Shown piece after piece: positions 39,847 to 51,089 of a stretch of DNA of 64,000 nt (the stretch's first letter is position 1; every line of letters starts with the position of its first letter). A program made the position numbers and the translations under genes. Location: contig CANRES010000002.1 in NCBI GenBank assembly GCA_947629625.1, positions 1,652-65,651 on the forward strand, read 5' to 3'. The notes beneath the pieces are model-generated. The model saw only the letters and a list, made by a program, of their open reading frames with translations, did not search any database and was not told the origin of the DNA. The DNA comes from an uncultured Clostridia bacterium (GTDB lineage: Bacteria; Bacillota; Clostridia; TANB77; CAG-508).

Positions 39847-40443
39847 ATGGAAGAAAAAAATATTAATGAAATAAATAAAGAAATATTACAATTCAAAAAA
39901 GATATAGAAGAAAATATAAAACAAGCAAATAATCAAAATCAAGAAAACAACTCAGAGGAAAACGAGGAATTAGAACTTACAGAAATATTAAATATAACAT
40001 ATTATGATGAATTTGATTTTAAAACGAAATTTAAGGATGTAATATTAATGTTAGAAGATGTATATATTGTAGAATTAGAAAAATCAAATTCTACAACTTA
40101 TGAAATATACACAAAAGATGCAATTCATAAAATAGCACAAATAGATATAGAAGGAAAAATAACATTTATAGATAGAGCAATAGAAGATAATACAACAATA
40201 GAAGAAATGAAAAAATTAAATGAAGATAAAAAAACTATATCATATACAAAAGAAGAATTAGACGAATTAGAAGAAGGTTCAAAAAAGGAAATAGATAAAG
40301 AAAAAAATGAAGAAGGAACAAATCCAGATGTGAACTTAAATGATATATCAGATTCTGCAAGAGAGAAAAAAGAAGAAATGGACAAAGAAAATGACAGAGA
40401 AAGAACATTAGATGAAAACGTAAGAAAATACTATGAAAATTAA
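39847..40443 (+). CDS. Highly acidic hypothetical protein (198 aa), last gene of the operon
   Basis: E/D/N-rich; RBS gggaggaaaaatg. Confidence 0.45.
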   Translation: MEEKNINEINKEILQFKKDIEENIKQANNQNQENNSEENEELELTEILNITYYDEFDFKTKFKDVILMLEDVYIVELEKSNSTTYEIYTKDAIHKIAQIDIEGKITFIDRAIEDNTTIEEMKKLNEDKKTISYTKEELDELEEGSKKEIDKEKNEEGTNPDVNLNDISDSAREKKEEMDKENDRERTLDENVRKYYEN

Positions 40444-40460
40444 ATATATAGTAATAAAAA

Positions 40461-40499
40461 TCACCTTTAAAAATATAATTTAAAAGGTGATTTTTTTTT
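40461..40499 (+). terminator. Rho-independent terminator ending the T4SS-like operon
   Basis: tcacctttaaa...tttaaaaggtga followed by T9. Confidence 0.75.
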
Positions 40500-40551
40500 G
40501 AGTTTAAAAAAATTTAATATAGCAATATAAATTACCAAAATGGAGGCTTTT

Positions 40552-41799
40552 ATGAAAAAAATAATCAAAATTTTAGTAATATTGATTTTAATATTTAATA
40601 TAACAATACCAATAGTAATAGCAGACGACGAAGAAACTGAACTAGAAGATATAAATATAGAAGAGATAATTGAAGCATCAGCAAAACCAACAAATATACC
40701 AACAATTAATTCAAGAGCAGCAGTAATATATGATAGAACATCAGGAACAGTAATATATGGAAAAGAAGAAAACACAAAACGAAAAATGGCCTCAACCACA
40801 AAAATCATGACATGTCTTGTAACATTAGAACATGCAAATTTAACAGATACAGTTGAAGTATCAAAAAAAGCAGCAGGAACAGGAGGCTCAAGACTAGGAT
40901 TAACAAGTGGAGCAAAAATCACTGTAAATGACTTGTTATATGGATTAATGCTTTGCTCTGGAAATGATGCAGCCGTAGCTCTAGCAGAACATGTAGCAGG
41001 TAGCATAAGTGAATTTGCAAACTTAATGAACGAAAAAGCAAAAAAAATTGGATTAGAAAATACACATTTCGTAACGCCACACGGTTTAGACGAAGAAGAA
41101 CATTACACAACTGCTTATGAACTTGCAAAACTTACAGATTATGCGCTAAATGTAGAAAAATTTGCAAACATAGTAAAAACTAAAACATATACAGTATCAA
41201 TAAATGGAAATCCTAAACAATTAAATAATACAAATGAATTATTAGGAAATTTAAATGGAGTATATGGAGTTAAGACAGGTTTTACAAATGGGGCGAATAG
41301 ATGCTTAGTAACAGCAATAAAAAGAGATAACTTAGATGTTATATGTGTAGTATTAGGAGCAGATACAAAGAAATTTAGAACACAAGATAGCATAAAATTA
41401 ATAGAATATGCTTTTAAAAATTACGAGATAGTTGATTTAGATAGCATAATAGAAAAAGAATTTATAAAATGGAAAAAAGAAAATTTACAAGCAGTCGAAA
41501 TAATAAAAGGAAAAGAAGACTATGCAAATCTAATAATAAATTTACATGACAAAAACTCTTATCCTGTAAATAAGGAAAAAATAAAAGATATAAATGTAGA
41601 AATAAAAACAGAAAAAATTTTGAATGCACCAGTAAACAAAAATCAAGTAATAGGAAAATTAACATTAAAAATAGGAGATAAGGTTATAAAAGAAATAGAT
41701 ATAATAAGTGAAAAGGATATAAATAAAAAAACATATTTAGATTACTTTAAAGATTTAATAACAAATTATACTAAATATTTGGAATATCATTTTATCTAA
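40552..41799 (+). CDS. Serine-type D-Ala-D-Ala carboxypeptidase (PBP5/DacF-like) with a C-terminal PBP5_C domain
   Basis: SxxK ASTTKIMT, SxN CSGNDAA, KTG KTGFT; signal peptide. Confidence 0.8.
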   Translation: MKKIIKILVILILIFNITIPIVIADDEETELEDINIEEIIEASAKPTNIPTINSRAAVIYDRTSGTVIYGKEENTKRKMASTTKIMTCLVTLEHANLTDTVEVSKKAAGTGGSRLGLTSGAKITVNDLLYGLMLCSGNDAAVALAEHVAGSISEFANLMNEKAKKIGLENTHFVTPHGLDEEEHYTTAYELAKLTDYALNVEKFANIVKTKTYTVSINGNPKQLNNTNELLGNLNGVYGVKTGFTNGANRCLVTAIKRDNLDVICVVLGADTKKFRTQDSIKLIEYAFKNYEIVDLDSIIEKEFIKWKKENLQAVEIIKGKEDYANLIINLHDKNSYPVNKEKIKDINVEIKTEKILNAPVNKNQVIGKLTLKIGDKVIKEIDIISEKDINKKTYLDYFKDLITNYTKYLEYHFI

Positions 41800-41858
41800 A
41801 TTATTCATAAAATATAATATGGACGTGAAGTTAGAAAAATGAAAGGAGAATAAAAATT

Positions 41859-43262
41859 ATGAAAAAAATTATTTATTCAATTATTATGTCCTTATTTTTA
41901 TTATTTTTAGCCTCAATTTCAAGTTATGCAGTAGATGAACCAAATTATGTAAAAAATTTTGATACAAATGTAGATGTATTATATGCAAATGGTACAGATA
42001 TAGTAATAGATGTAAATGAAGAAAATCAAACTGTTGTAAAATGGGACGATAAAAGTATAGTAATATCAGAAAATACAATTGTATTTGGAACAGGTGTAGA
42101 CGAACAATGTGAAACAGCTAGTATAATAATGAACAATGGAAAAGTAAAAAGTGTAGTAGCAGGAGGTTGGGGAAATTCAAAATCTGAAAAAGACCAAGTG
42201 AATAATGCTACAGTAGTAATAAATGGAGGTACTATAAAGGAAGGACTTTATGGAGGAGGCTTTTTATATTCAGAAATACAAAATTCCAATGTTGTTGTAA
42301 ATGGAGGTTATGTTGCAAGAATATATGCAGGAGGAGCAGAAGCTGTTACATTACATTCAATAACTTATGATTCTGGCTCTGAATCTGATTTAAAAGGTTC
42401 TGGAAATCGCGTAAACAATGTGAACTTAACTATAAATAACATAGAAGGATTACCAGATGGATATATGGAAGGAAGAATTTTTGCAGGAGGCGATAAATAT
42501 GCCTATGTAGGTTCAACAAATTTAACAATTAATGGCGGAGATTTATCTAAATTTATTGTTACAGGAGCAGGAGAAGATGGATATGTAGGACATTCAGAAG
42601 TAGAAATAGCAGGAGGAACAATTGGCACATATAGAAGTTTTAGTAAAGGACTACTTGAAGAGATTAATTTAGAAATGTTAGGAGGTACAGTTAATAATTT
42701 TTATGTTGGAGCAGATAAAGATGAATCTGCAAAAACAAAACAAATGAATAAAGCAAATGTATTTTTATTAGGAGGAGATATTGAAACTTTACAAGCAGGA
42801 ATAAATAATGCTACTCCATTAACAATAGATAAACAAAACTATAATGTATATTTAACAGATTTCATTGAAATTCAAGATAATAAAATTCAAGCAGAAGAAC
42901 TAGATAAATTGCAATATGAATTAAAACTATCAACAAATAATTTAGTAATGAAGCCAAATACAACAGAGCAAATTGTTGCTACCATAACAACTAATCCAGA
43001 AGGATATGAAGATATTTTTAGAAGTATGCTAGAATGGAAAACAAATAATCCTAAAGTTGCAACTGTATCAAATGAAGGAGTTATAACAAGTCAATTTTGG
43101 GGAGATGCAAAAATAACAGCCTCAATTTTAGATACTATTAGTACAGTTGATGTCAAAGTAACAGGTATGACAGAAGCGTTATTAGCCTTTATAATTATAA
43201 TATTATTAATACCAGTTATCATAACTATAATAACTGTATATTTATATTTACGAAGAAGATAA
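41859..43262 (+). CDS. Type-I membrane surface protein with beta-helix-like GG-repeat region, Big_2 Ig-like domain and C-terminal TM + RRR anchor
   Basis: Signal peptide; repeated NGG...GG motifs; ...NPKVATVSNEGVITSQFWGDAKITA... is Big_2-like. Confidence 0.5.
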   Translation: MKKIIYSIIMSLFLLFLASISSYAVDEPNYVKNFDTNVDVLYANGTDIVIDVNEENQTVVKWDDKSIVISENTIVFGTGVDEQCETASIIMNNGKVKSVVAGGWGNSKSEKDQVNNATVVINGGTIKEGLYGGGFLYSEIQNSNVVVNGGYVARIYAGGAEAVTLHSITYDSGSESDLKGSGNRVNNVNLTINNIEGLPDGYMEGRIFAGGDKYAYVGSTNLTINGGDLSKFIVTGAGEDGYVGHSEVEIAGGTIGTYRSFSKGLLEEINLEMLGGTVNNFYVGADKDESAKTKQMNKANVFLLGGDIETLQAGINNATPLTIDKQNYNVYLTDFIEIQDNKIQAEELDKLQYELKLSTNNLVMKPNTTEQIVATITTNPEGYEDIFRSMLEWKTNNPKVATVSNEGVITSQFWGDAKITASILDTISTVDVKVTGMTEALLAFIIIILLIPVIITIITVYLYLRRR

Positions 43263-43348
43263 TAAAAAAAGTAAGCAATTAAGCATATTCATTCACCAAA
43301 ACTTTATGTTAAGCATAAAATACTTACATAAAGGAAGGTGAATTTTTT

Positions 43349-44606
43349 ATGAAAAGTTACATAGTAGAAGGAGGAAAAAAACTAGAAGGAGAAACCTATG
43401 TGTCAGGCTCTAAGAATGCATCACTACCAATAATAGCATCATGTATACTAAATAAAGGAATAACAAAACTATACAACGTACCAAATATTCACGATACAAA
43501 AGTAATGTTTGAAATTTTAAAATATTTAGGTTGCAAAATCAAGAAGAATAATGGTAAAATAATAATAGATTCCACAAAAGTTGAAAAATTTGAAATACCA
43601 GAACACATGATGAGAGAAATGAGGTCATCAGTAATACTTGCAGGAGCATTAATAGGAAGATTAAAAAAAGCAACATTCTCATATCCACGGAGGATGTGAC
43701 ATAGGAACAAGACCAATAGATCTACATTTAAAAGCATTTCAAAATTTAGGAATAAATATTGAAGAAAATGCTGGATTTATTAGGTGTAATTGTGATAAAA
43801 TAGTAGGAACAGAAATCTCATTAGATTTTCCAAGTGTAGGAGCAACAGAAAACTCTATGCTAGCAGCAGTATTAGCAGAAGGAACAACAACAATAAACAA
43901 TGCAGCAATGGAACCAGAAATAATAGACTTGCAAAACATATTAAATAAAATGGGAGCAAATATAAGTGGAGCAGGAAGCAATATTATTACAATAAAAGGA
44001 GTAGAAAAACTAAAAAATACAAGTTACAAAATAATGCCAGATAGAATAGAAGCAGGAACTATATTATGTTGTGTAGCAGTAACAGGAGGAAAAGTAAACT
44101 TAAAAGAAGTAATACCAGAACACTTAACACCAGTATTACACAAATTAGAAGAATGTGGTTGCAAAATAGAAACAACAAAAAATAGTATAATGTTACAAGC
44201 ACCAAAAAAAATGAAAAGTATAGACATAAAAACAATGCCATACCCGGGCTTCCCAACAGATATGCAATCAGTATTTGCAAGTATGTTATGTACAACAAAA
44301 GGAACATCAATAGTAATAGAAAATATATTTGAAAATAGATACAAATATACAAACGAACTAAAAAGAATGGGAGCAAAAATTACAATAGAAGGCAGAAGCG
44401 CTATAATAAAAGGGGTAAGAAAACTTACTGCAACAAATGTAAAAGCAACAGATTTAAGAGGAGGAGCAGCATTAGTTGTAGCAGCATTAAATGCAAAAGG
44501 AAAAACAAAAATAGAAAACATAGAATATATACTTAGAGGATATGAAAATCTAGATAAAAAATTAAATAACTTAGGAGCAAATGTAAAAATTAAAGAAGGT
44601 GAATAA
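43349..44606 (+). pseudogene. murA: UDP-N-acetylglucosamine 1-carboxyvinyltransferase gene interrupted by a +1 frameshift (extra C near 43688)
   Basis: Frame 2 reads ...KKATFSYPRRM*. Frame 0 from 43680 reads HIHGGCDIGTRPIDLHLKAF.... Deleting c in tatccaCggagga restores ...FSYPGGCDIGTRP.... Confidence 0.7.
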
Positions 44607-45509
44607 ATGGCTAAAAAGTTAGAAAATAAAAAGGGTAGAAAAAAATCTACCCTACCACAAAAAAAGAAACAAGAAAAATACAATTTAGATAATGAAATAG
44701 TAATAGGATTAAATGTAAAACCAGTAGAAAATCAAGTATTAAAAAAATCAAATATAAAAAAAGAAAAAAAGAAAATAAATAAAAAATCAAGAATTATTAA
44801 ATATCTATGTATAATGTTTTTAATAATAATTGCATTATTACTATTTTTCATGTCGCCAATATTCAATATAGAAGAAATAAGAATATTTGGAAACAGCAAA
44901 ATAACAACAACAGAATGTATAAATTTATCAAAACTTGAAATTGGACAAAATATATATAAACTAAATAAAAGCCAAATAAAAAAGAACTTACGACAAAATG
45001 CGTATATAGATAAAATATCAATTACTAGAAAATTACCAAGTATTATTGAAATAACAATACAAGAAAGAATAGCTACATTTATGTTAGAATTAGAAAATAA
45101 TGAATATGCCTACATAAATAATCAAGGTTACATATTAGAAAAAAGCAATAATAAAATAGAAGCGATAACAATAACAGGGTTTTCAACAAATGTAGAGAAT
45201 ATAAACGTAGGAAATAGGCTATCAGAAGATGACTTAAATAAATTAGAAACTGTATTAAAAATAGTAGATACCGCACAAAACAATAATATTATAGGATATA
45301 TTACAAAAATAGATATTGCAGACAAGAATGAATATAAATTAATATTAGAAGGAGAACAAAAGACAGTATACTTAGGAGATGCAAGTAGTATTAGTACAAG
45401 AATGTTATATGTAAAAGCAATTATAGAAAAAGAAACAGGAAAAGCAGGAGAAATATTTGTAAACGGAAACATAAACACAGATAAAGCATATTTTAGAGAA
45501 CAAGTATAA
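44607..45509 (+). CDS. ftsQ: Cell division protein FtsQ/DivIB (TM + POTRA)
   Basis: Basic N-terminus, one TM, POTRA IEEIRIFGN... Confidence 0.75.
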   Translation: MAKKLENKKGRKKSTLPQKKKQEKYNLDNEIVIGLNVKPVENQVLKKSNIKKEKKKINKKSRIIKYLCIMFLIIIALLLFFMSPIFNIEEIRIFGNSKITTTECINLSKLEIGQNIYKLNKSQIKKNLRQNAYIDKISITRKLPSIIEITIQERIATFMLELENNEYAYINNQGYILEKSNNKIEAITITGFSTNVENINVGNRLSEDDLNKLETVLKIVDTAQNNNIIGYITKIDIADKNEYKLILEGEQKTVYLGDASSISTRMLYVKAIIEKETGKAGEIFVNGNINTDKAYFREQV

Positions 45510-45560
45510 AAATTTTTTATAAAACTTTTACAATAGTATATATAATTAATTTATAAGAAG

Positions 45561-46286
45561 GTGATATTTTTGAATAAAAAACATGTTGCAATAACATTAG
45601 GAATAATGTGCTTCTTACTTACACTAGGAATAGTAGTACAATTAAACACAATAAAAGAAGCAACAAAAACAGTAGGAAACACAAAAAATGAGTTAAGAGA
45701 TGATGTATTAAGATGGAAAGAAAAATACGATTCAACATTTACCGAGTTAACAAGAGAAAAAGAAGACTTAGAAAATAAAAGAACACAAGCAACAAAAAAT
45801 GATACAAATTCAAAACAATTAGAAGAAGAACTAAAAACAGCAAATAAACTGTTAGGACAAACAGACGTCACAGGAAAAGGAATAATAATAACAGTAGCAG
45901 ATAGTAATAAAGAAATTATTCAAAACCTAGAATCTGTTAATACAATGGAATTATTAGTACACTCAACAGATATAATACAAATAATAAACGAGTTAAAAAA
46001 TGCAGGAGCAGAAGCAATATCTGTAAATGACCAAAGAATAGTATTAACAACATCAATAACATGTGATGGAAATGTTATATTAGTAAACGGACAAAAAATA
46101 GGTTCACCATTTGTAATAAAAGCAATAGGATACCCAGCAACTTTACTTGGGGTTAATAGACCGGGCGGATTTTTAGAAATAATGCAAAGTCAAGGAATAA
46201 ATGTTAATGTTAAACAATCAGAAAATATTAAAATATTAAAATATGATGGAGTTTTATCTTCAAAATATTTAAAAAATGCAGATTAA
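45561..46286 (+). CDS. DUF881-family protein (YlxW-like)
   Basis: divIB-ylxW-ylxX-sbp-ftsA-ftsZ synteny; the true start is probably the TTG at 45570. Confidence 0.65.
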   Translation: MIFLNKKHVAITLGIMCFLLTLGIVVQLNTIKEATKTVGNTKNELRDDVLRWKEKYDSTFTELTREKEDLENKRTQATKNDTNSKQLEEELKTANKLLGQTDVTGKGIIITVADSNKEIIQNLESVNTMELLVHSTDIIQIINELKNAGAEAISVNDQRIVLTTSITCDGNVILVNGQKIGSPFVIKAIGYPATLLGVNRPGGFLEIMQSQGINVNVKQSENIKILKYDGVLSSKYLKNAD

Positions 46287-46299
46287 AATGGAGGTCTAA

Positions 46300-47010
46300 A
46301 TGAATAAAAATAAAATAATAATGACAATAATAATTGGTTTAATTTGCTTTGTATTAGTATATGTAATGTTTTTACAATTTAAAGTAATAGAACAAACAGA
46401 TTTAACAGAAATAAAAACAATGCAAGAATCAGAATTAAGAGAAGCAATAGCAAGTTGGAAATCAAAATATGAAGAAGCAAATGAAGAATTACTTTCAACA
46501 ATTGAAAAAAAGAAAGAATATGAAGAAAAAATAAACTCAAACGAAGAAGCAACAGAAATCTTAGAGCAAGAATTAGAAACGGCAAATATTATTCTTGGAA
46601 AAACAGATGTAAAAGGAGAAGGAGTTATAGTAACACTTTCAGATAATGATGAAGCGGTAATAACTGCAAGAGATTTAATAATTTTAGTAAATGAATTAAA
46701 AGACGCAGGAGCAGAAGCAATATCAATAAATGACCAAAGAGTTACAAACATGACAGATATTGCAGATATAACTGAAAAAAATATAGTAATAAATAGTCAA
46801 AGAATTACATCACCATATACAGTAAAAGCAATAGGAAATAAGACATACTTACAAAGTGCATTAAGTGTAAAAAATGTAGGTTTTATAGATGAATACATAA
46901 ATATTCATAATAAATCTATAAAATTAGAAACAAAAGACAATATAAAAATATTAAAATATGAAGCAAATGAAAGGGCAGATAAAATGGTACTAAAATATAT
47001 AGATAAATAA
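46300..47010 (+). CDS. DUF881-family protein (YlxX-like)
   Basis: Paralogous to the upstream gene (...LGKTDVKGEGVIVTLSDN... vs ...LGQTDVTGKGIIITVADSN...). Confidence 0.65.
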   Translation: MNKNKIIMTIIIGLICFVLVYVMFLQFKVIEQTDLTEIKTMQESELREAIASWKSKYEEANEELLSTIEKKKEYEEKINSNEEATEILEQELETANIILGKTDVKGEGVIVTLSDNDEAVITARDLIILVNELKDAGAEAISINDQRVTNMTDIADITEKNIVINSQRITSPYTVKAIGNKTYLQSALSVKNVGFIDEYINIHNKSIKLETKDNIKILKYEANERADKMVLKYIDK

Positions 47011-47025
47011 TAAGGGGGAAATAAA

Positions 47026-47382
47026 ATGATTATAGTAGCAATAATAGTAGGTTGTTTATTAGGAATTATATTAGGAGTAAATGCACCAGTAATTCCATAT
47101 TCAATATCAGGATATGTAGCAATATCAATAATAGCTGCATTAGATTCAGTATTTGGAGGAATAACATCTACATTAAAAGGTAATTTTGATTTAAAAGTAT
47201 TTGTATCAGGTTTCTTTGGAAATGCTATTCTTTCAATTTTATTAACATATTTAGGAGAAAAATTAAATGTAGACATCTATTTAGCAGCAATTGTAGTATT
47301 TGTTGGAAGAATGTTTACAAACTTATCAATAATAAGAAGATTCTATATAGAAAAATGGAGTAAAAAAACTAAAAAAAATTAA
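47026..47382 (+). CDS. sbp: Small basic protein Sbp (DUF1290) membrane protein
   Basis: 118 aa, 3-4 TMs; position upstream of ftsA. Confidence 0.6.
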   Translation: MIIVAIIVGCLLGIILGVNAPVIPYSISGYVAISIIAALDSVFGGITSTLKGNFDLKVFVSGFFGNAILSILLTYLGEKLNVDIYLAAIVVFVGRMFTNLSIIRRFYIEKWSKKTKKN

Positions 47383-47523
47383 AACTCCAAAAGTATTTAT
47401 TTTGTAACGAAAAAACAGAAATGTTACAAAATTGTTACAAAAATATTACAAAAATATAACAAAATCTATTGACTTTTTTCAAAAAATATAATATTCTTAT
47501 GGATAGAAAATTATATAAAAAAA

Positions 47524-48768
47524 ATGGAGGAGTTGAACTTGGCAATTGGAGATATAATTGTTGGCATTGATATAGGTACTTCTAAGGTTTCAACAATTGT
47601 TGGAGAAGTAAACAATTTTAACCAAATTGAAATTATATGCTCTACAAAATGCAAATGTAGTGCAATTCAAAAAGGTAAAATTATAGACGAAGAAGAACTT
47701 GTAGTAGCAATAGCCAAAACAATTAAAGAGGCAGAAGATGAAGCCAACTTGAAAATAAACTCAGCAAATGTTTTAATTCCCGGAAAATATATAACAATAG
47801 TACAAAATAGCACAACAAGAGAAATTAAAGACAAATATGCAGGAGTATCTTCAAAAGACGTTGGATCAAGTTTTTCACAGGTTAGAGACATAGAAATACC
47901 AGAAGGAAAAACATTAATAGGAATAATACCAGAAGAATTTATACTAGATGATGGAAAAGTAATCTCTGACCCAGTAGGGTGTTTAACATCAAATTTCACA
48001 TTAAATGCACAAATATTACTTGCAGATACAGAATACGTAAAACAATTAAAAACAATATTTAGAAAAGCAGGATTAGAAATTGATGAAATAATACCAAACA
48101 CATTAGCAGAAAGAAATGTTGTTTTAGATACAAATGAATTAAAAGATAATATATTATTACTAGATATAGGCGCTGGAAACACAGATATAGGAGTATTCGA
48201 AGGTTCAAAATTTATTTATACTAATACTATACCACTAGGAGGAGACACAATTACAAAAGATATAGCAGTAGTATTAAATATATCTGAGGAAGAAGCAGAC
48301 AAATTAAAAAGACAATATGGACTAGCCTTAAAATCACTAATTGATAATGATACAGATATTGTACTAAATACTTATGCAGGGGAAACACGAAACAGAACAA
48401 TAAAAAGTTCAGAACTAATAGAAATAATTGAAGCAAGAATAGAAGAAATATTTGCATTAGTTAATAAAGACATAACAAATCAAGGAATAAAGCCAAGAAT
48501 TAACAATGTAGTCTTAACAGGGCAAGGAATTACAAATATCAATAAAAGTGATGTAGCAGGAAAAATAATTTTGAACATACCAGTTAAAATTTCCACAGGT
48601 AGATTAGTAAGCACAATTAAGCCAAGTTTTAGGTCTGCTTATGCGTTAGTAAGATATGTAGCAGCAAGACCTTATGCAAAATCAGTATCAAGCAATATAG
48701 ATGCAAAATCTAAAGATAATATATTAAAAACAATTATGGAAAGAATAAAAGAATTTTTCTATACATAA
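47524..48768 (+). CDS. ftsA: Cell division protein FtsA
   Basis: Actin-like ATPase IVGIDIGTSKV... Confidence 0.85.
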   Translation: MEELNLAIGDIIVGIDIGTSKVSTIVGEVNNFNQIEIICSTKCKCSAIQKGKIIDEEELVVAIAKTIKEAEDEANLKINSANVLIPGKYITIVQNSTTREIKDKYAGVSSKDVGSSFSQVRDIEIPEGKTLIGIIPEEFILDDGKVISDPVGCLTSNFTLNAQILLADTEYVKQLKTIFRKAGLEIDEIIPNTLAERNVVLDTNELKDNILLLDIGAGNTDIGVFEGSKFIYTNTIPLGGDTITKDIAVVLNISEEEADKLKRQYGLALKSLIDNDTDIVLNTYAGETRNRTIKSSELIEIIEARIEEIFALVNKDITNQGIKPRINNVVLTGQGITNINKSDVAGKIILNIPVKISTGRLVSTIKPSFRSAYALVRYVAARPYAKSVSSNIDAKSKDNILKTIMERIKEFFYT

Positions 48769-48810
48769 AAAATAAAAATTATATAAAATAATTAGGAGGA
48801 AAAAACAGTG

Positions 48811-49929
48811 ATGGTAGAATATGAAGATAATGAAAAAATGCTAGATGGTTCAGCAACAATTAAAGTTATTGGAGTTGGAGGAGCAGGAAACAATGCAGTA
48901 AACAGAATGGTAGATGCAGCAATAAAAGGAGTAGAATTTATAGCAGTAAATACAGATAGACAAGCCCTACAATTATCAAAAGCAGGAACAAAAATTCAAA
49001 TAGGAGAAAAAATTACAAGAGGTTTAGGAGCAGGAGCAAACCCAGACACAGGAGCACAATCAGCAGAAGAAAGTAAAGCAGAAATTACAGAGGCCCTAAG
49101 AGGAGCAGACATGGTATTTGTAACAGCTGGTATGGGTGGTGGAACAGGAACTGGTGCAGCACCAATAGTAGCAGAAGCAGCAAAAGAAATGGGAATATTA
49201 ACAATAGGAGTTGTAACAAAACCATTTACATTTGAAGGTAAAAAAAGACTTTCACAAGCAGAACGTGGTATAGAAAGTTTAAAATCAAAAGTAGATACAT
49301 TAGTAGTAATACCAAACGATAAATTATTACAAATAATAGATAGAAAAACATCAATAGTAGACGCATTCAAAATGGCAGATGATGTATTAAGACAAGGTGT
49401 ACAAGGTATATCAGACTTAATAGCAATACCAGGACTTGTAAACTTAGACTTTGCAGATATTAAAACAATAATGTTAAATACAGGTATGGCACATATGGGA
49501 ATTGGTAGAGCATCAGGAGAAAATAGAGCAGAAGATGCAGCAAAACAAGCAATCCAAAGTCCATTATTAGAAACATCAATAGAAGGAGCAAGAGGAGTTA
49601 TAATAAACATTACAGGTGGAGCAGACTTAGGATTACATGAAGTAAACACAGCAGCAGAACTAGTTCAACGCAGTGTAGATCCAGAAGCAAATATAATCTT
49701 TGGTGCAGTAATAGATGAAACATTACAAGACGACATAGTAATAACAGTAATTGCAACTGGATTTGAAAAAGAATTACCAAGAGCAAGTATGGGAGTTGAA
49801 CAAATAGTTTCAAAATCATGGGAAAATAAAATAAACTCTGTACCATCATCTTCAATAAATTCAAATTCTTCATCAAATGATTTAGACATACCATCATTTT
49901 TAAGAAAAAACAAAAATAATTTAAAATAA
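48811..49929 (+). CDS. ftsZ: Cell division GTPase FtsZ
   Basis: [13 protein letters not shown] and [10 protein letters not shown] tubulin signature. Confidence 0.9.
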   Translation: MVEYEDNEKMLDGSATIKVIGVGGAGNNAVNRMVDAAIKGVEFIAVNTDRQALQLSKAGTKIQIGEKITRGLGAGANPDTGAQSAEESKAEITEALRGADMVFVTAGMGGGTGTGAAPIVAEAAKEMGILTIGVVTKPFTFEGKKRLSQAERGIESLKSKVDTLVVIPNDKLLQIIDRKTSIVDAFKMADDVLRQGVQGISDLIAIPGLVNLDFADIKTIMLNTGMAHMGIGRASGENRAEDAAKQAIQSPLLETSIEGARGVIINITGGADLGLHEVNTAAELVQRSVDPEANIIFGAVIDETLQDDIVITVIATGFEKELPRASMGVEQIVSKSWENKINSVPSSSINSNSSSNDLDIPSFLRKNKNNLK

Positions 49930-49988
49930 AATTGCGGTTAAATATAATAGCATTTTTTATAGAAAATTCCTATTATATAAAACAAAAT

Positions 49989-50028
49989 GAAAGAAATAGT
50001 CTACAAAAGTAGATTATTTCTTTTTTTC
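49989..50028 (+). terminator. Terminator after ftsZ
   Basis: aagaaatagtctac-aaaa-gtagattatttctt followed by T7. Confidence 0.6.
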
Positions 50029-50099
50029 TGCCCTAAGAAATGACATATTTTTGAAAGTAAATGTTGTACAATATGAATTAAACAAAATGAGGTGATGCT

Positions 50100-51008
50100 G
50101 TGACAGTATATTTAGATATAATTTTACTTGAAAATATATGTATGAATTACATTATTTTATTAGCAACAGGACTAATATTAAAAAATAAAATAAACAATAT
50201 TAGAATATTATTATCAAGCCTATTAGGAGGAGTATATGCAGTATGCTCATATATTACAAAATTAGAAATATATTCAACACTAATAATGAAAATAATATTA
50301 TCAGTTACAATGGTATATGTAGCATTTAACTCAAAAAATATAAAACAATTATTAAAACAATTAGTATTATTTTATCTAACATCTTTTGCATTTGGAGGAT
50401 GTGCATTTGCACTACTATACTTTATAAAACCGCAAAATATATTAATGAAAAATGGAGTATATATAGGAACATATCCATTAAAAGTAGCATTATTAGGAGG
50501 ATTATTAGGTTTCATAATAATAAATATAGCATTTAAAATAATAAAAAATAGAATAAACAAAAAAAATATGTTCTGCGATATAGAAATATATTTAAACAAT
50601 AATGTAACCAAAGTACATGCATTAGTAGATACAGGAAATCTACTAAAAGAGCCAATAACAGGAAATCCTGTAATAATAGTAGAAAAAGAAAATCTATACA
50701 ATATAATACCAAAAGAAATACTAGATAATATAGAAGAAATAATGTATGGAAATAATATGGATATAGAAAACGAATATATATCAAAATTAAGATTAATACC
50801 ATTTTCTTCACTAGGAATGCAAAACGGCATGTTAATAGGAGCAAAAGTAGATAAAGTAAAAATAGACTTCGAAGATGAAGAAATAAACTTATCAAATGTA
50901 ATAACAGGAATATACACAAAAACATTAACAAAAAACAAACTATACAATGCACTTATAGGTTTAGACTTATTAGAAAGCAAAGGAGAAAGAGAATTAATAA
51001 GCAAATAA
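50100..51008 (+). CDS. spoIIGA: Sporulation sigma-E processing aspartic peptidase SpoIIGA
   Basis: MTVYLDIILLEN..., 5 TMs, DTG motif LVDTGN. Confidence 0.8.
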   Translation: MTVYLDIILLENICMNYIILLATGLILKNKINNIRILLSSLLGGVYAVCSYITKLEIYSTLIMKIILSVTMVYVAFNSKNIKQLLKQLVLFYLTSFAFGGCAFALLYFIKPQNILMKNGVYIGTYPLKVALLGGLLGFIIINIAFKIIKNRINKKNMFCDIEIYLNNNVTKVHALVDTGNLLKEPITGNPVIIVEKENLYNIIPKEILDNIEEIMYGNNMDIENEYISKLRLIPFSSLGMQNGMLIGAKVDKVKIDFEDEEINLSNVITGIYTKTLTKNKLYNALIGLDLLESKGERELISK

Positions 51009-51089
51009 AATTTACTTACAATTTCAAAAATTATTTAAGAAGTAAAAAGATTTATAAAAGTAATTAAGTTTGCTAGAATGGAGGGTTTT

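Noticed and set aside
43349-44606. Calling the two murA ORFs as separate genes
   Set aside because: Residues across the junction align as one protein (..FSYP|GGCDIGTRPIDLHLKAF..) once a single C is removed. One gene with an indel, not two genes.
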